Assembly (NCBI GenBank): GCA_963752595.1
Contig: CAVVYZ010000015.1
Span: forward strand, 160,728 to 224,727
Reading direction: 5' to 3'
From: an uncultured delta proteobacterium
GTDB lineage: Bacteria > Desulfobacterota > Desulfomonilia > UBA1062
DNA: 64,000 bases
How positions within the stretch are numbered: the first letter of the stretch is position 1; the number at the start of each line of letters is the position of its first letter. Position numbers and translations under genes: made by a program. The notes below the pieces were generated by a model. It was not told where the DNA came from. It worked only from the letters and a program-made list of their open reading frames with translations, and ran no database searches. This document shows, one piece after another, positions 12,808-22,704 of the stretch.

Positions 12808-13382
12808 GGAATCCTTCCTATTATCTCCATCCGGGAGCACCGTGATGCACGGATGATGCTCTGAATGTCTTCAACGGCCTTTTCCAGCCTATCGTTTACT
12901 ACCAGAAAGTCGTACATGGTCCAGGATTTCAATTCTTCTTTTGCATTCGTGAGGCGTAAGTTCAGGCTCTGCTCCTCCTCCGTACCCCTTTTCCGTAACC
13001 TTTCACGGAGATCGTCCATGCTCGGAGGCACGATCATGATGAAGGATCCGGAAGGATCGACCTGCTTCGCCTGCCTCACTCCCTGAACATCGATGTCGAA
13101 GAGGATATGTATTCCTTGTTGCTCCTGCGATTCAATCCAGCGCAGGGAAGTCCCGTAGAGGTGGCCGTGTACCCTTGCCCATTCGAGGAACTCCCCCTTG
13201 GCCATCATCGACTCAAATTCCTGACGGGAAACGAAAAAATAATCTCTTCCGTGTACTTCCTGAGGCCTTGGAGAGCGTGTCGTATATGATACCGACAGGC
13301 AGAGATCCGGATTCATGTTCAGGACCTCTTTGATTATCGTGGACTTCCCCACCCCCGAAGGGCCGGATATGAATATCCTCAC
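12786..13382 (-). CDS. gmk: Guanylate kinase
   Basis: [23 protein letters not shown]. Confidence 0.96.
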   Translation of the reverse strand: MRIFISGPSGVGKSTIIKEVLNMNPDLCLSVSYTTRSPRPQEVHGRDYFFVSRQEFESMMAKGEFLEWARVHGHLYGTSLRWIESQEQQGIHILFDIDVQGVRQAKQVDPSGSFIMIVPPSMDDLRERLRKRGTEEEQSLNLRLTNAKEELKSWTMYDFLVVNDRLEKAVEDIQSIIRASRCSRMEIIGRIPWLQKIG

Positions 13383-13663
13383 TCCTTCTCCTTGGGAACC
13401 TCTTTCCCTGAGCCTCCGTCAGAGAGCCTGTTTGATATGGTCTCGGCCTGGATTGCGCTCAAGATCACATGCGAGCTGTCCGTGATGATGATGGACCTCG
13501 TCTTTCTTCCCTGTGTAGCATCGATGAGCTGGCCCCTCTCCCTTGCTTCTTCCCTGAGACGCTTCATGGGTGAAGATGATGGATTTACGATTGCGATGAT
13601 TCTTGAAGAAACGACTCCGTTATTAAAACCTATGTTCAATAATTTCGTGTCATGCTTGCCCAT
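13379..13663 (-). CDS. remA: RemA/DUF370 family protein
   Basis: [28 protein letters not shown]; yicC-remA-gmk synteny. Confidence 0.9.
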   Translation of the reverse strand: MGKHDTKLLNIGFNNGVVSSRIIAIVNPSSSPMKRLREEARERGQLIDATQGRKTRSIIITDSSHVILSAIQAETISNRLSDGGSGKEVPKEKE

Positions 13664-13697
13664 TAACCACTCCTTTCATTATGCTATTCTACATGAA

Positions 13698-14561
13698 TTA
13701 TTCGATATTCTGAACCTGTTCCCGAATCTTTTCAACTTCTGCTTTTGCCTCGATGACCGTGTGGCTTAAATGCGTGATCTGGCTCTTTGATCCGATGGTG
13801 TTGAGCTCCCGGTTTATCTCCTGGAGGATGAAATCCAGGCGTCTTCCAATGGAGGGGTCGGGAACATCGATGACCTCTGTGAAAGAGGTAATGTGGCTGC
13901 GCAGCCTGACGAGCTCTTCGGTAATATCCGATCGGTCGGCGATCATGGCCACTTCCTGCTCGATGCGGGATGAATCGATCATGTCCGTCTTGCCGTCGAG
14001 CAACTCATTCAGACGAGACGTAAGCCTTTCCCGATAAAAATCGAACATGCCCTTTACCGAGCTTTCCATCTTTTCACGTAAGACGGAGAGGAATTCCAGG
14101 CGCGAGCACATGTCTGATTTCAGCCTTTTCCCTTCCTCCTGTTTTGAGGCCAGAAACGATTCCAGCGCCTTTCCTATGCCGGCTTTCAGCAGGGGCCATT
14201 GCTCTTCGGTATTCTGAATGCTTTCGGCCATGACTCCGGGGAGCGCAATGATATCCCGGAAGGTAATTTCTCCGCCGTAGAGCTGAGTCATCTCGGTCAG
14301 GTCCGAAAAATACACCTTGGCGAGATCCCGGTTGATAGAAGGCCTGTCCTGGATATCAGACGAGGCATTCCTCGATATGTTTACCTCGACCTTTCCCCTG
14401 GCAACTGCTTCATTGACGAGATCACGTGCAGGTATCTCGTAAGCGGATAGGTCTTTCGGGAGACGTACCCGAATATCGCGGTACCGGTGATTCACTCCCT
14501 TTATCTCGATATGATATCCGTTTTCATCGGCTTGGCCGAATCCTGTCATACTCCGCGGCAT
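13698..14561 (-). CDS. yicC: YicC/YloC family endoribonuclease
   Basis: SMTGFG, VNHRY, GRRLDFILQEINRELNTIGSK, REQVQNIE. Confidence 0.94.
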   Translation of the reverse strand: MPRSMTGFGQADENGYHIEIKGVNHRYRDIRVRLPKDLSAYEIPARDLVNEAVARGKVEVNISRNASSDIQDRPSINRDLAKVYFSDLTEMTQLYGGEITFRDIIALPGVMAESIQNTEEQWPLLKAGIGKALESFLASKQEEGKRLKSDMCSRLEFLSVLREKMESSVKGMFDFYRERLTSRLNELLDGKTDMIDSSRIEQEVAMIADRSDITEELVRLRSHITSFTEVIDVPDPSIGRRLDFILQEINRELNTIGSKSQITHLSHTVIEAKAEVEKIREQVQNIE

Positions 14562-15079
14562 CTCGATCTCTCCTTATATAAACCTCTTAAGTGATTGAAC
14601 ATTCCAGTCAGTTCATAGGAAGCGTAATCAGGATATGTCCAGGGAAGGGCCTGGTAGGAGTCCTTCTGGTACATCAGGGTAACCTCGGCCCAGATGCCTT
14701 TATCAAGGTATATTCGATGGCTGTAGGGCTTCGTGGTGGCAAGGCAGACATTTTCAAGACTCAGTATTCCGGGATCGATGTTCACGCTTCTGTGGCCGCT
14801 TGTCATGAGTTTTTCTTCGATTTCATTCGTCAGGTTCTTCACATCGGGAAGAGAACTCCTTGGCACGAGGTTTTCGAAAGCCATGAGTATGCGGTGAAGG
14901 GGGGAGCCCATTTCTTTTTCATAATACGAAGTGTACGTGAAAGGGAAGGGTTGAGAATCGTAAGAAGCTTTGCCGTACGCTTCCTTAAGCTCTGCAACAG
15001 CCTTACCTGCAGAGTCGGCGGAGTTATAGAGGATGCTGCAGAAAAGCATGACCTCATGTGGGACTGCCGGGCTACCCAC
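14546..15079 (-). CDS. DUF4416 family protein
   Basis: TSYYEKEMG, RSVNIDPG, HRIYL, LPWTYPDY; GTG start inferred. Confidence 0.8.
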   Translation of the reverse strand: MGSPAVPHEVMLFCSILYNSADSAGKAVAELKEAYGKASYDSQPFPFTYTSYYEKEMGSPLHRILMAFENLVPRSSLPDVKNLTNEIEEKLMTSGHRSVNIDPGILSLENVCLATTKPYSHRIYLDKGIWAEVTLMYQKDSYQALPWTYPDYASYELTGMFNHLRGLYKERSRCRGV

Positions 15080-16070
15080 CGACTTCCTCCCTGCAGATCC
15101 GGTGCAGTCTCTCCCACGGGACGCTGGCGGCACCCACTTCGGCAACCACAAGTCCTGCAGCCGTGTTTGCAATAAGAGCGGCTTCTCTGGGCATGGCGCC
15201 GGACACAAGGGCAAGGGTGAAACAGGCGATTACCGTATCTCCGGCCCCGGTAACATCGTATACGGCCCTGGCCATGGCAGGAATATCGACGATACCGTTA
15301 TCCCCGTCAAAAAGACTCATCCCGTGTTCTCCGCGGGTTACGAGCAGAGTTTCGCACGCCAGGGAGGATTTAATCTTGTGCGCTGCCTGGATGAGATCCT
15401 GGTATGTTTCTATCTTTATGCCGGCTCCGAAGCTCAGCTCTTTTGTATTGGGAGTTATGAGATTGACATTCCGGTAGAAGGGGAAGTTCCTTTCCTTCGG
15501 GTCGACACAGACGAGCACGCCTTTACCTTTGGTGATATTCACCACATCTTCGATGAGCTCTCTGCTGACCACTCCCTTTGCGTAATCTGATATGATGACG
15601 GCATCGATTGAACTGGAAGCGTCACGAACTGCATCAACGATCCTCTTTCTGAGCTCGTCTGAAATAATGGACCGATTCTCCCTGTCAAGCCTGGCGACCT
15701 GCTGTGTATGAGCGATGATCCGGGTCTTTACAATGGTGCCTTTCCCGGAATCGGTAAGGATCCTGTCTACGGGGATTCCGTTTTCTTTGAGTATCTGAAG
15801 AAGGGTATCACCCTGCGGGTCGTTTCCCTTTACGCTGCTCATGATTACGGATGCCCCGAGGCTCAGGAGGTTGTTCGCCACGTTCCCTGCGCCGCCGAGC
15901 TTGAATTTTTCCTCCTGCACATCGACGACCGGAACCGGAGCTTCAGGCGATATCCGCTCGACGTTGCCCCAGATATAATGGTCAAGCATGAGATCGCCGA
16001 TGACCATGATGGTCTTGGACTTCATGCCCTCGAAAATGGATTCCAGCTTCCCATGCCCGATCTTCAACAT
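15072..16070 (-). CDS. rfaE1: D-glycero-beta-D-manno-heptose-7-phosphate kinase (RfaE domain I)
   Basis: GDLMLD, RISPEAPVPV, SDYAKG, DVTGAGDTV. Confidence 0.92.
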   Translation of the reverse strand: MLKIGHGKLESIFEGMKSKTIMVIGDLMLDHYIWGNVERISPEAPVPVVDVQEEKFKLGGAGNVANNLLSLGASVIMSSVKGNDPQGDTLLQILKENGIPVDRILTDSGKGTIVKTRIIAHTQQVARLDRENRSIISDELRKRIVDAVRDASSSIDAVIISDYAKGVVSRELIEDVVNITKGKGVLVCVDPKERNFPFYRNVNLITPNTKELSFGAGIKIETYQDLIQAAHKIKSSLACETLLVTRGEHGMSLFDGDNGIVDIPAMARAVYDVTGAGDTVIACFTLALVSGAMPREAALIANTAAGLVVAEVGAASVPWERLHRICREEVGG

Positions 16071-16094
16071 GATATCACTATGAGAAAATTAAAA

Positions 16095-17294
16095 TTAATT
16101 GTCAAGAAAAAGAGCATTTACGAAAAATTGCGCATTGAATGTCTGGAGATCATCCATATCCTCTCCGATACCGATATATCGGATGGGAATCTCAAATTCA
16201 TTGGCAATCCCCACGATAACTCCGCCCTTGGAAGACCCGTCGAGCTTGGTTATGGCGATGCCGGTCACTCCAAGGACATTGTTGAACTGCCTTGTCTGCT
16301 CTATCGCATTCTGGCCGATTGTTGCGTCAAGAACCAGGAGGATCTCGTGGGGTGTACCCTCGAATTTCTTGTCAAGCACGCGCTTGGTCTTTTTGAGTTC
16401 TTCCATGAGGTTCTCTTTGGTATGGAGCCTTCCTGCGGTGTCAATGATCAGAACGTCGTGCCCCCGGGAGATTGCAGCCTGGAGTCCGTCAAAGGCTACC
16501 GAAGAGGGATCGGCCCCTTCGTGGGATTTGATGAAATCGGCACCCGCCCGCAGCGCCCAATGCTCGAGCTGTTCAATGGCTGCAGCCCTGAAGGTGTCTC
16601 CTGATGCGATGATCACTGATTTACCTTCGCTTTTCAGACGGTGGGCGATCTTTGCAATGGTGGTCGTCTTGCCTGATCCGTTCACCCCGGTAACCATGAT
16701 GACAAAAGGTTTGATGCCCTCGGGAATCAGAAGAGGGCTCTCGCGTTTTTTGAGAATGTCTCCGATCTCTGCTTTGATGGCGCCCATGGCCTGTTCCGGG
16801 TCCGTGACTGTGCCGGCATTCTTCTGGACATACTCAAAGATAGTATATGCGGTCCTTACACCGATGTCCGTCCCCACGAGGGTCTCTTCCAGCTCGGTAA
16901 GGAGGTTCGCATCAAAGGTTTTCGAGCGCCTGAATACCGATGATATCCTTTCGACAAAACCTTTGTGTGTTTTTGAGAGCCCTTTTTCCAGCTTTTCCTT
17001 GGGAGAGGGCAGGGGCTTCTTTTCTGGTTTGGGGAGCGCCTCCCTCGTTGGAGGGGCTTCAATTTCTTCAGTGGAGGGCGCTTCTTCGATTCTCCTAGGT
17101 GCTCTTGGGTGGATACCCGGGATGGGGATGGCCCATGCATTACATATGATCGCTATCACGAGATAGATCCATGAGGGCACGTCGACCGGCTCAGGGAAAG
17201 GGAGCGCATTCCCGGTATCGGCGACATAAAGGTAGAAGAAGAGATAACTTATCAAATAGATAAGGTAATCGTATGAACGAAAGCGGTACTTCAC
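16095..17294 (-). CDS. ftsY: SRP receptor FtsY with hydrophobic N-terminus
   Basis: GVNGSGKTTT, DTFRAAA, DTAGR, TKLDG. Confidence 0.95.
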   Translation of the reverse strand: MKYRFRSYDYLIYLISYLFFYLYVADTGNALPFPEPVDVPSWIYLVIAIICNAWAIPIPGIHPRAPRRIEEAPSTEEIEAPPTREALPKPEKKPLPSPKEKLEKGLSKTHKGFVERISSVFRRSKTFDANLLTELEETLVGTDIGVRTAYTIFEYVQKNAGTVTDPEQAMGAIKAEIGDILKKRESPLLIPEGIKPFVIMVTGVNGSGKTTTIAKIAHRLKSEGKSVIIASGDTFRAAAIEQLEHWALRAGADFIKSHEGADPSSVAFDGLQAAISRGHDVLIIDTAGRLHTKENLMEELKKTKRVLDKKFEGTPHEILLVLDATIGQNAIEQTRQFNNVLGVTGIAITKLDGSSKGGVIVGIANEFEIPIRYIGIGEDMDDLQTFNAQFFVNALFLDN

Positions 17295-17457
17295 CTTATT
17301 CCTCCTTGAGTTCCGTGTGACTGGTATCTCCTATCACAGGCATCCCGAAAGAACAAGGTCGAGCGTAGGAGAACCGTATTGTTTTTCGTGCTTAACAGTC
17401 GTTACCGGGTACCATTAATATATATAAAGAGGATAAAGTGCACCTGAAGAAAATCCC

Positions 17458-17515
17458 TTGACATATTTAAGAGATCAATGTACTTCAATAATAAAGCTTA
17501 AAGTTCAACTTTAAG
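17458..17515 (+). promoter_or_regulatory. sigma70-like -35 box and perfect palindrome CTTAAAGTT-C-AACTTTAAG
   Basis: TTGACA 17458-17463; palindrome 17497-17515. Confidence 0.75.
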
Positions 17516-17550
17516 TTGATATGAAACAAATCATAATCCGGGAGGAACCC

Positions 17551-18543
17551 ATGATCAAGACGGCAATCACTGAAATGTTCGGAATCAAATATCCAGTTAT
17601 CTGCGGAGCCATGATGTGGTTATGCAAGCCGAAGCTCTGCGCTGCCATATCCAACGCAGGAGGGATGGGAAACCTTACTGCCGGGAACTACGAGACGGAA
17701 GAAGAGTTCAGGAACGCAATCCGGGAAGTGAAGAGCCTCACGGACAAGCCTTTCATGATAGGCCTCACCTTGCTGCCCTCTGTACGGATAACCGGAGAAC
17801 ACCATAAGATGTACGCCAGGGTTTGCGCAGAGGAAAAGGTGGCAGGTATCGAGGTTTCCGGCACGCCCCTTGACAAGGCTGTCGGCAAAGAAGGGGTAGC
17901 CATGCTCAAGGAAGCCGGCATAAAGCTTTTCCACAAGGTAGGATCGGTCCGCCATGCAATGCACGCCAAGAAGGCCGGGTATGACGGGGTGTACGCCGCT
18001 GGCTTTGAAGAGGGAGGACATCCTCTGGATGATGATGTAACGACCATGGTACTTACCCCGAGGATCGCCGACTCTGTCGATATTCCCGTTGTCACGGTAG
18101 GTGGTATCGCTGATGGAAGGTCTCTGGCTGCAGCCCTGACCCTGGGAGCACAAGGTGTTATGATGGCAAGCAGGTTTATTGCTACCAAAGAATGTGAAGT
18201 TCATGAAAATATCAAAAAAGAAATTATCAACCGCCAGGAATTCGAGACAACCATGATCTGCAAAACAATCGGACTCCAGGGCAGGGCTTTGAAGAATAAG
18301 GTGATATCGGATGTTCTGGAAGTCGAAAAAAAGGGAGGAGGCCTGGACCAGCTGATTCCATTGATCTCGGGTCAGCGGATAAAAGATGCATGGGAACAAG
18401 GGTTGGTCGATAATGCTCCGCTGATGGTAGGCCAGTCCATAGGCCATATCCGTGAAGTCATAAGCTGCAAGGAACTCCTTGAAAAAATGCAGGACGATGC
18501 AGTTACGCATCTGAAAAAGGCAATGAACCTGGTGCAGCAGTAA
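17551..18543 (+). CDS. Nitronate monooxygenase / FabK-like FMN enoyl reductase
   Basis: TAITEMFGIKYPVI, EEGGH, GGIADGRSLAAALTLGAQGV. Confidence 0.88.
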   Translation: MIKTAITEMFGIKYPVICGAMMWLCKPKLCAAISNAGGMGNLTAGNYETEEEFRNAIREVKSLTDKPFMIGLTLLPSVRITGEHHKMYARVCAEEKVAGIEVSGTPLDKAVGKEGVAMLKEAGIKLFHKVGSVRHAMHAKKAGYDGVYAAGFEEGGHPLDDDVTTMVLTPRIADSVDIPVVTVGGIADGRSLAAALTLGAQGVMMASRFIATKECEVHENIKKEIINRQEFETTMICKTIGLQGRALKNKVISDVLEVEKKGGGLDQLIPLISGQRIKDAWEQGLVDNAPLMVGQSIGHIREVISCKELLEKMQDDAVTHLKKAMNLVQQ

Positions 18544-18644
18544 TAAATCCATACCTTCGGGGCGCCGGCTGATGCTCAGAGAGGCCGGTGCCCCCAGCCC
18601 CCCACCATCTGCTTACTCATTTAAACGATTGCATTAATGGCAAG

Positions 18645-18676
18645 AAAAAGGGCGGCTTGTTTCAAGCCGCCCTTTT
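18645..18676. terminator. Bidirectional intrinsic terminator
   Basis: aaaagggcggcttg-ttt-caagccgccctttt between convergent genes. Confidence 0.85.
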
Positions 18677-18707
18677 CGTATCTCTGGAGAGAAAATGGTG
18701 CTTTTCG

Positions 18708-19850
18708 CTACCCTTTAGCAGCCGGAAATGCCTTTTTTGTTGATTTCGCTTTCGGCTTCGGAGCTGATTTGGGTTTCTCTGCTTTTGGTGCTGCAGGCTT
18801 TCCTGGATTTGCATTGCCGGCTAGCTTTTGTGCGATTTCTTCTGCTTCTCTGACGGTCCTTTCGAGGACTTCTGCTACGGTCGGATTATCTTTAATGAGA
18901 CCTGTAGACTGTCCTACAGGCAGGACACCCTGCGTTAAATCGCCATATTCCGTTGCGACCCGGATGGCTTTGAAGGCGTTAGCCATAAAGGCAAGCTGTT
19001 TTGCATTTTTCCAGCCGGAAGCCATGACTCCGATGAAGAGCTTGAAATAGGGGAGGTGCAGCTGGCGGGCGATATCCATAGAGTTCGGAAGCGCCTCGAC
19101 CAATTTTTTCAGATTCAGGCTTTCACGGATTGCCTTCCGTGCAGCCTTGGTATCAAGTACTCTGCATCCCAGCCCATCAAAACGTGTTGAATAGACCGTG
19201 TCATAGACATCCTTTTCAATGGATAGGTTCTTGTAAGTTTCATGGAGCGGGCTTTCCTGTGTCGTCATCAGGCGTGTCCCCATGGCAACACCGTCAGCAC
19301 CGAGTGCGAGCGCTGCTGCCAGGCCCCTTCCATCGGCAATGCCGCCGGCGGCAATAATTGGAATATCCACTACCGAGGCGATACTCGGAATCAGGCAGAA
19401 CGTAGTCGCATCACCTCCGTGTGCAGCAGCCTCGTGGCCGGTCACCAGGAGGCCGTCACATCCGTAATCCTGTGCCCTCTTTGCATGCTTGTGATTGACC
19501 ACGGTTGCGATGACCTTTCCCCCATACTCATGAGCGGCTTTCACGATCCAGTCACCCTTGCCCAGCGAGAAATTGATTACCGGAACTTTCTCGTCAAGCG
19601 CTACCTGCGCATTATCGGAAGCACCCGGAAAGAGAAGGGTTGCATTCGTTCCAAAGGGTTTATTGGTAAGACTCTTGATTTCTTTGATGGCTTTCCTCGT
19701 CTGATCCGCATCGAGGGGTCCTGTGGCTAGTATGCCGAGCCCGCCGGCATTGGAGACGGCTGCCACCATCTTCGGCACGCTGATCCAGCTCATGCCGGAC
19801 AGTACGATGGGATGCTGGATGCCCAACATTTCAGTAATCCGTGTTTTCAT
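18708..19850 (-). CDS. Nitronate monooxygenase / FabK-like enoyl reductase with Lys/Ala/Pro-rich tail
   Basis: TRITEMLGIQHPIV, GHEAAAHGG, AAGGIADGRG, MGTR. Confidence 0.88.
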   Translation of the reverse strand: MKTRITEMLGIQHPIVLSGMSWISVPKMVAAVSNAGGLGILATGPLDADQTRKAIKEIKSLTNKPFGTNATLLFPGASDNAQVALDEKVPVINFSLGKGDWIVKAAHEYGGKVIATVVNHKHAKRAQDYGCDGLLVTGHEAAAHGGDATTFCLIPSIASVVDIPIIAAGGIADGRGLAAALALGADGVAMGTRLMTTQESPLHETYKNLSIEKDVYDTVYSTRFDGLGCRVLDTKAARKAIRESLNLKKLVEALPNSMDIARQLHLPYFKLFIGVMASGWKNAKQLAFMANAFKAIRVATEYGDLTQGVLPVGQSTGLIKDNPTVAEVLERTVREAEEIAQKLAGNANPGKPAAPKAEKPKSAPKPKAKSTKKAFPAAKG

Positions 19851-19921
19851 ACCTGACTCCTTTTCGGATTGTGGTTGCTTTCATGGTCTATTCCCCAAAA
19901 AGCCCTTTGAGTAATGTAAAG

Positions 19922-19971
19922 ATTAAAGTTAAACTACAAGGTTGTATATGTGAATAGGCCTAAGTTGTCAA
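19922..19971 (-). promoter_or_regulatory. sigma70-like promoter with a second copy of the operator
   Basis: TTGACA on minus strand (19966-19971); ATTAAAGTT-A-AACTACAAG at 19922-19940. Confidence 0.65.
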
Positions 19972-19980
19972 GGGATGATT

Positions 19981-21204
19981 TCAATCTTCAACAGTTACGG
20001 GCAGAACAGCCGCCCAATAGTCATTGTTGATCGAATCTTTGACAAATATCAAGATCCTATATAATCCGGAAGAATTGAAAGTAAAGGTAGCATTCAAAGG
20101 ATTATCGGAATATGAATACCTTGCCTGTTCCGGATAATCCCAGTCATAGAAAAACGGCGGATTGCCTTTCGTAATCTCAGCCTTGATGCTGATACTTTCA
20201 CCTGCCTTGACGATTAAATTCTCCGGTCCGACAAGGGAAACCCTCACCATCTCATCTTTAGCAGGAATGGTGCCGTAATTTGATTGATCAACCACGGTAA
20301 TGAGCCTCTGATCGCTAGCACTGTTTCCATCAGAGTCCTCTGCCGTAAGAATCAGGGTATAGTTGCCGGGGCTAAGAGAGGGTAATATACCAGGTGGATA
20401 GACACCCTCGAAGATTTTTGTCTCGTCACTGTTGTTTTTGAGGACCCAGCTAAATGTATATTGTTTTGATCCACCGAAGGCAGCTCCCTCGATGGGGATT
20501 GTCTGACCTTGTATAAGGAAAACATTTAGCTGAGGCTTTACAATTCCTGCTGTCAGGATGACGTCTTCAGCTTCAATTTCTTCCTGTTCTATTTCAAACA
20601 GAGTGTTCTCGAAATGTTGTATTGCCCCCTCTTCCGAGACGAGAGAATACTGGTGCTGCTCTGAGCTTTCTTCTCCAACGGGTATCCCATTATTATTAAG
20701 TTCATCGAACAGCCTGGTAACATCGGGATTCGTATCGAGAGGGTCATTGAAGTTAAATGAGAAGTCTGCCAAAATGTTTCTTGCTCTCTCTGAGATTTTT
20801 ATCCCGTTATTAGGGTTTCCGTCATCGTCCAATGATATGAGGAACCGGCAGATATTAATCACGGTAGGGTTTGTCGCATCCACAGCACCCGGAACGAGAT
20901 CGATAGGTGTGATATTTTTTTTTGCCGGAGTCGTACCGAGTATGACACTTCCTACGGAGAACGTAATATTTTCCCCAGCCTGGAAATTAAAGGAGCCGCT
21001 ATCATCGGTATATCCTTTCCATTCAAACGTGGAATAATAAAGGCCGCTTACAGCGCTATCCCGGAAGGCTCCTGTTTGGGCATTTCCAGGAGTTGCCAAT
21101 GGTCCGTTGCCGCCGCCACCGGAACACCCTGCGATAAGAACTGAAAAAATAATGATGTATAAGGTGCCTAAAGTAGTAAGCCTGGAAGAACTCATACCGA
21201 CCAC
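19981..21204 (-). CDS. Surface lipoprotein with probable Ig/PKD-like repeats
   Basis: Lipobox LIAGC then Gly linker; DSAVSGLYY..GYTD..G.F, LDDDGNPNNGI; GG..YTFSW and G.Y...L strands. Confidence 0.65.
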   Translation of the reverse strand: MVGMSSSRLTTLGTLYIIIFSVLIAGCSGGGGNGPLATPGNAQTGAFRDSAVSGLYYSTFEWKGYTDDSGSFNFQAGENITFSVGSVILGTTPAKKNITPIDLVPGAVDATNPTVINICRFLISLDDDGNPNNGIKISERARNILADFSFNFNDPLDTNPDVTRLFDELNNNGIPVGEESSEQHQYSLVSEEGAIQHFENTLFEIEQEEIEAEDVILTAGIVKPQLNVFLIQGQTIPIEGAAFGGSKQYTFSWVLKNNSDETKIFEGVYPPGILPSLSPGNYTLILTAEDSDGNSASDQRLITVVDQSNYGTIPAKDEMVRVSLVGPENLIVKAGESISIKAEITKGNPPFFYDWDYPEQARYSYSDNPLNATFTFNSSGLYRILIFVKDSINNDYWAAVLPVTVED

Positions 21205-21729
21205 CTCTTTATTGTATCGTAAGCCATGAAAAAAATATCCTTCTCCATATGCCCTAGCTGGAGAAGGAAGAAAGAACTCCTTTTAAAAAAACATAAAAGC
21301 CAGTGCGAAACCTCCTTAACCGACCAAGACAAATGCTTATCCTTACAAGAACAAACCGTATCAATATATATATTATAAGTTAGCAAAAATCATGCAATAT
21401 GGGTAGCGTATTCATATTAATAACTTAGCTGAATGCATCCAGAAAAAAATATTGAAAGTGGTAAATATTTTACCAAATGATGGAATGAACTTGCGCTCAT
21501 TTCATAGTCCAGGGAGAGAAGTCCCTGCAGAGAAACTGCCCGGGTTTTCGACGCCGGGCAATTGCTCTGCAGGGCAGTTCCTCATTGGGTTACATTTGTG
21601 AAGGAATGGTATTGTCCAGGTAGGTCCTGTCTCCAAGCCGGCCCTTATCATCGGCTTTCCAGGTATAAAGCCCATCCTATACCGTGATACTGAGACTGAA
21701 ATACTCACCTGCTGACACAGAGACCCAAT

Positions 21730-22422
21730 TTAGCTTTTCAGGCTTTTATATATAGTGGTCTGGATTCTTCTCTGGAAGAGTCTCCTGAGAATATACGTTC
21801 TGATAAAATCGGCCATCATCGAAATCTCTGTTGTTATCTTGATATTTTCCTTTGAAGATTTTCCCTTGACCGTCTTTTTCCTCAAGGCAATCTCCTGGTC
21901 GATAATCTGGTTGCCGAGATCGATATAAAAGCTGAGCTCCCTGATATCCTGACCATACTCCATTATCCTTTTCAGCACATCCCTGGCGAACCGTACATCC
22001 TCCTGGTTATAGCGCGTTTCGTCCTTCTCCTGGATATATGGCATGATCAACCCGGTTTTTAATGCGAGGGAAAGCTCTTGCTCGCTGAAGCCGGTAAGCC
22101 TGAGAAACTCGGCTTTCCCCACAAGGGTTGCAGGTAGGTCGGTCTGTGTACCAAAGACTGCATCTTCGATGGCCTCAGCTTCCTCAAGGGTTAAACCCTC
22201 GTCTATTCTCCGTAAGATATTTTTAATGACCGAGAGAGGAAAATACTTTGTCTCCTGGAGGTGGCGGATGGCTTGAATCTTCTCAATGCAGCCTTCATCA
22301 TAGTAGGCCATGCTCTTGTTGACCTTCGTAGGCTCGGGAAGCAGGCCTTGTCTTACGTAATAACGTATCGTTGAAGGAGGAACGCCGCTTTTTTTTGCAA
22401 TCTCCCCAATTTTTAATTCCAT
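21730..22422 (-). CDS. MerR family transcriptional regulator
   Basis: KIGEIAKKSGVPPSTIRYYVRQGLLP; second degenerate HTH-like segment. Confidence 0.92.
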   Translation of the reverse strand: MELKIGEIAKKSGVPPSTIRYYVRQGLLPEPTKVNKSMAYYDEGCIEKIQAIRHLQETKYFPLSVIKNILRRIDEGLTLEEAEAIEDAVFGTQTDLPATLVGKAEFLRLTGFSEQELSLALKTGLIMPYIQEKDETRYNQEDVRFARDVLKRIMEYGQDIRELSFYIDLGNQIIDQEIALRKKTVKGKSSKENIKITTEISMMADFIRTYILRRLFQRRIQTTIYKSLKS

Positions 22423-22704
22423 CCAAGACTCCTTTTAAGCATGAAGTGAAGCTATAAGATTCTTATATAAACCATCAGATAACCGGTGTCAAATAGGGCA
22501 AAATGTGTTCAGGAGCACCAAGGTTTTTTATAAGGGAAGGAGATTGAACTCATGAAAGGTTAGCTGGTGAAAAACATCGTTGTATGAACCCAATTTACAG
22601 CAGATATGCTTTGACATCATCAAGATCCGGCAGCCATGAGGAATAGTCCGGAAAGATTCACTATGTCATCAGGCGCCGGATCTCTAAAGATAGAAAGCGG
22701 ATGT

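Noticed and set aside
16099-17166. Long antisense ORFs (also 37465-38952 and 50233-51231)
   Set aside because: Shadow ORFs opposite well-supported genes, with no recognisable motifs.
22640-22665. SRP RNA-like 'gtccggaaag' loop
   Set aside because: Lacks the CAGG...GGAAGCAG internal-loop consensus.
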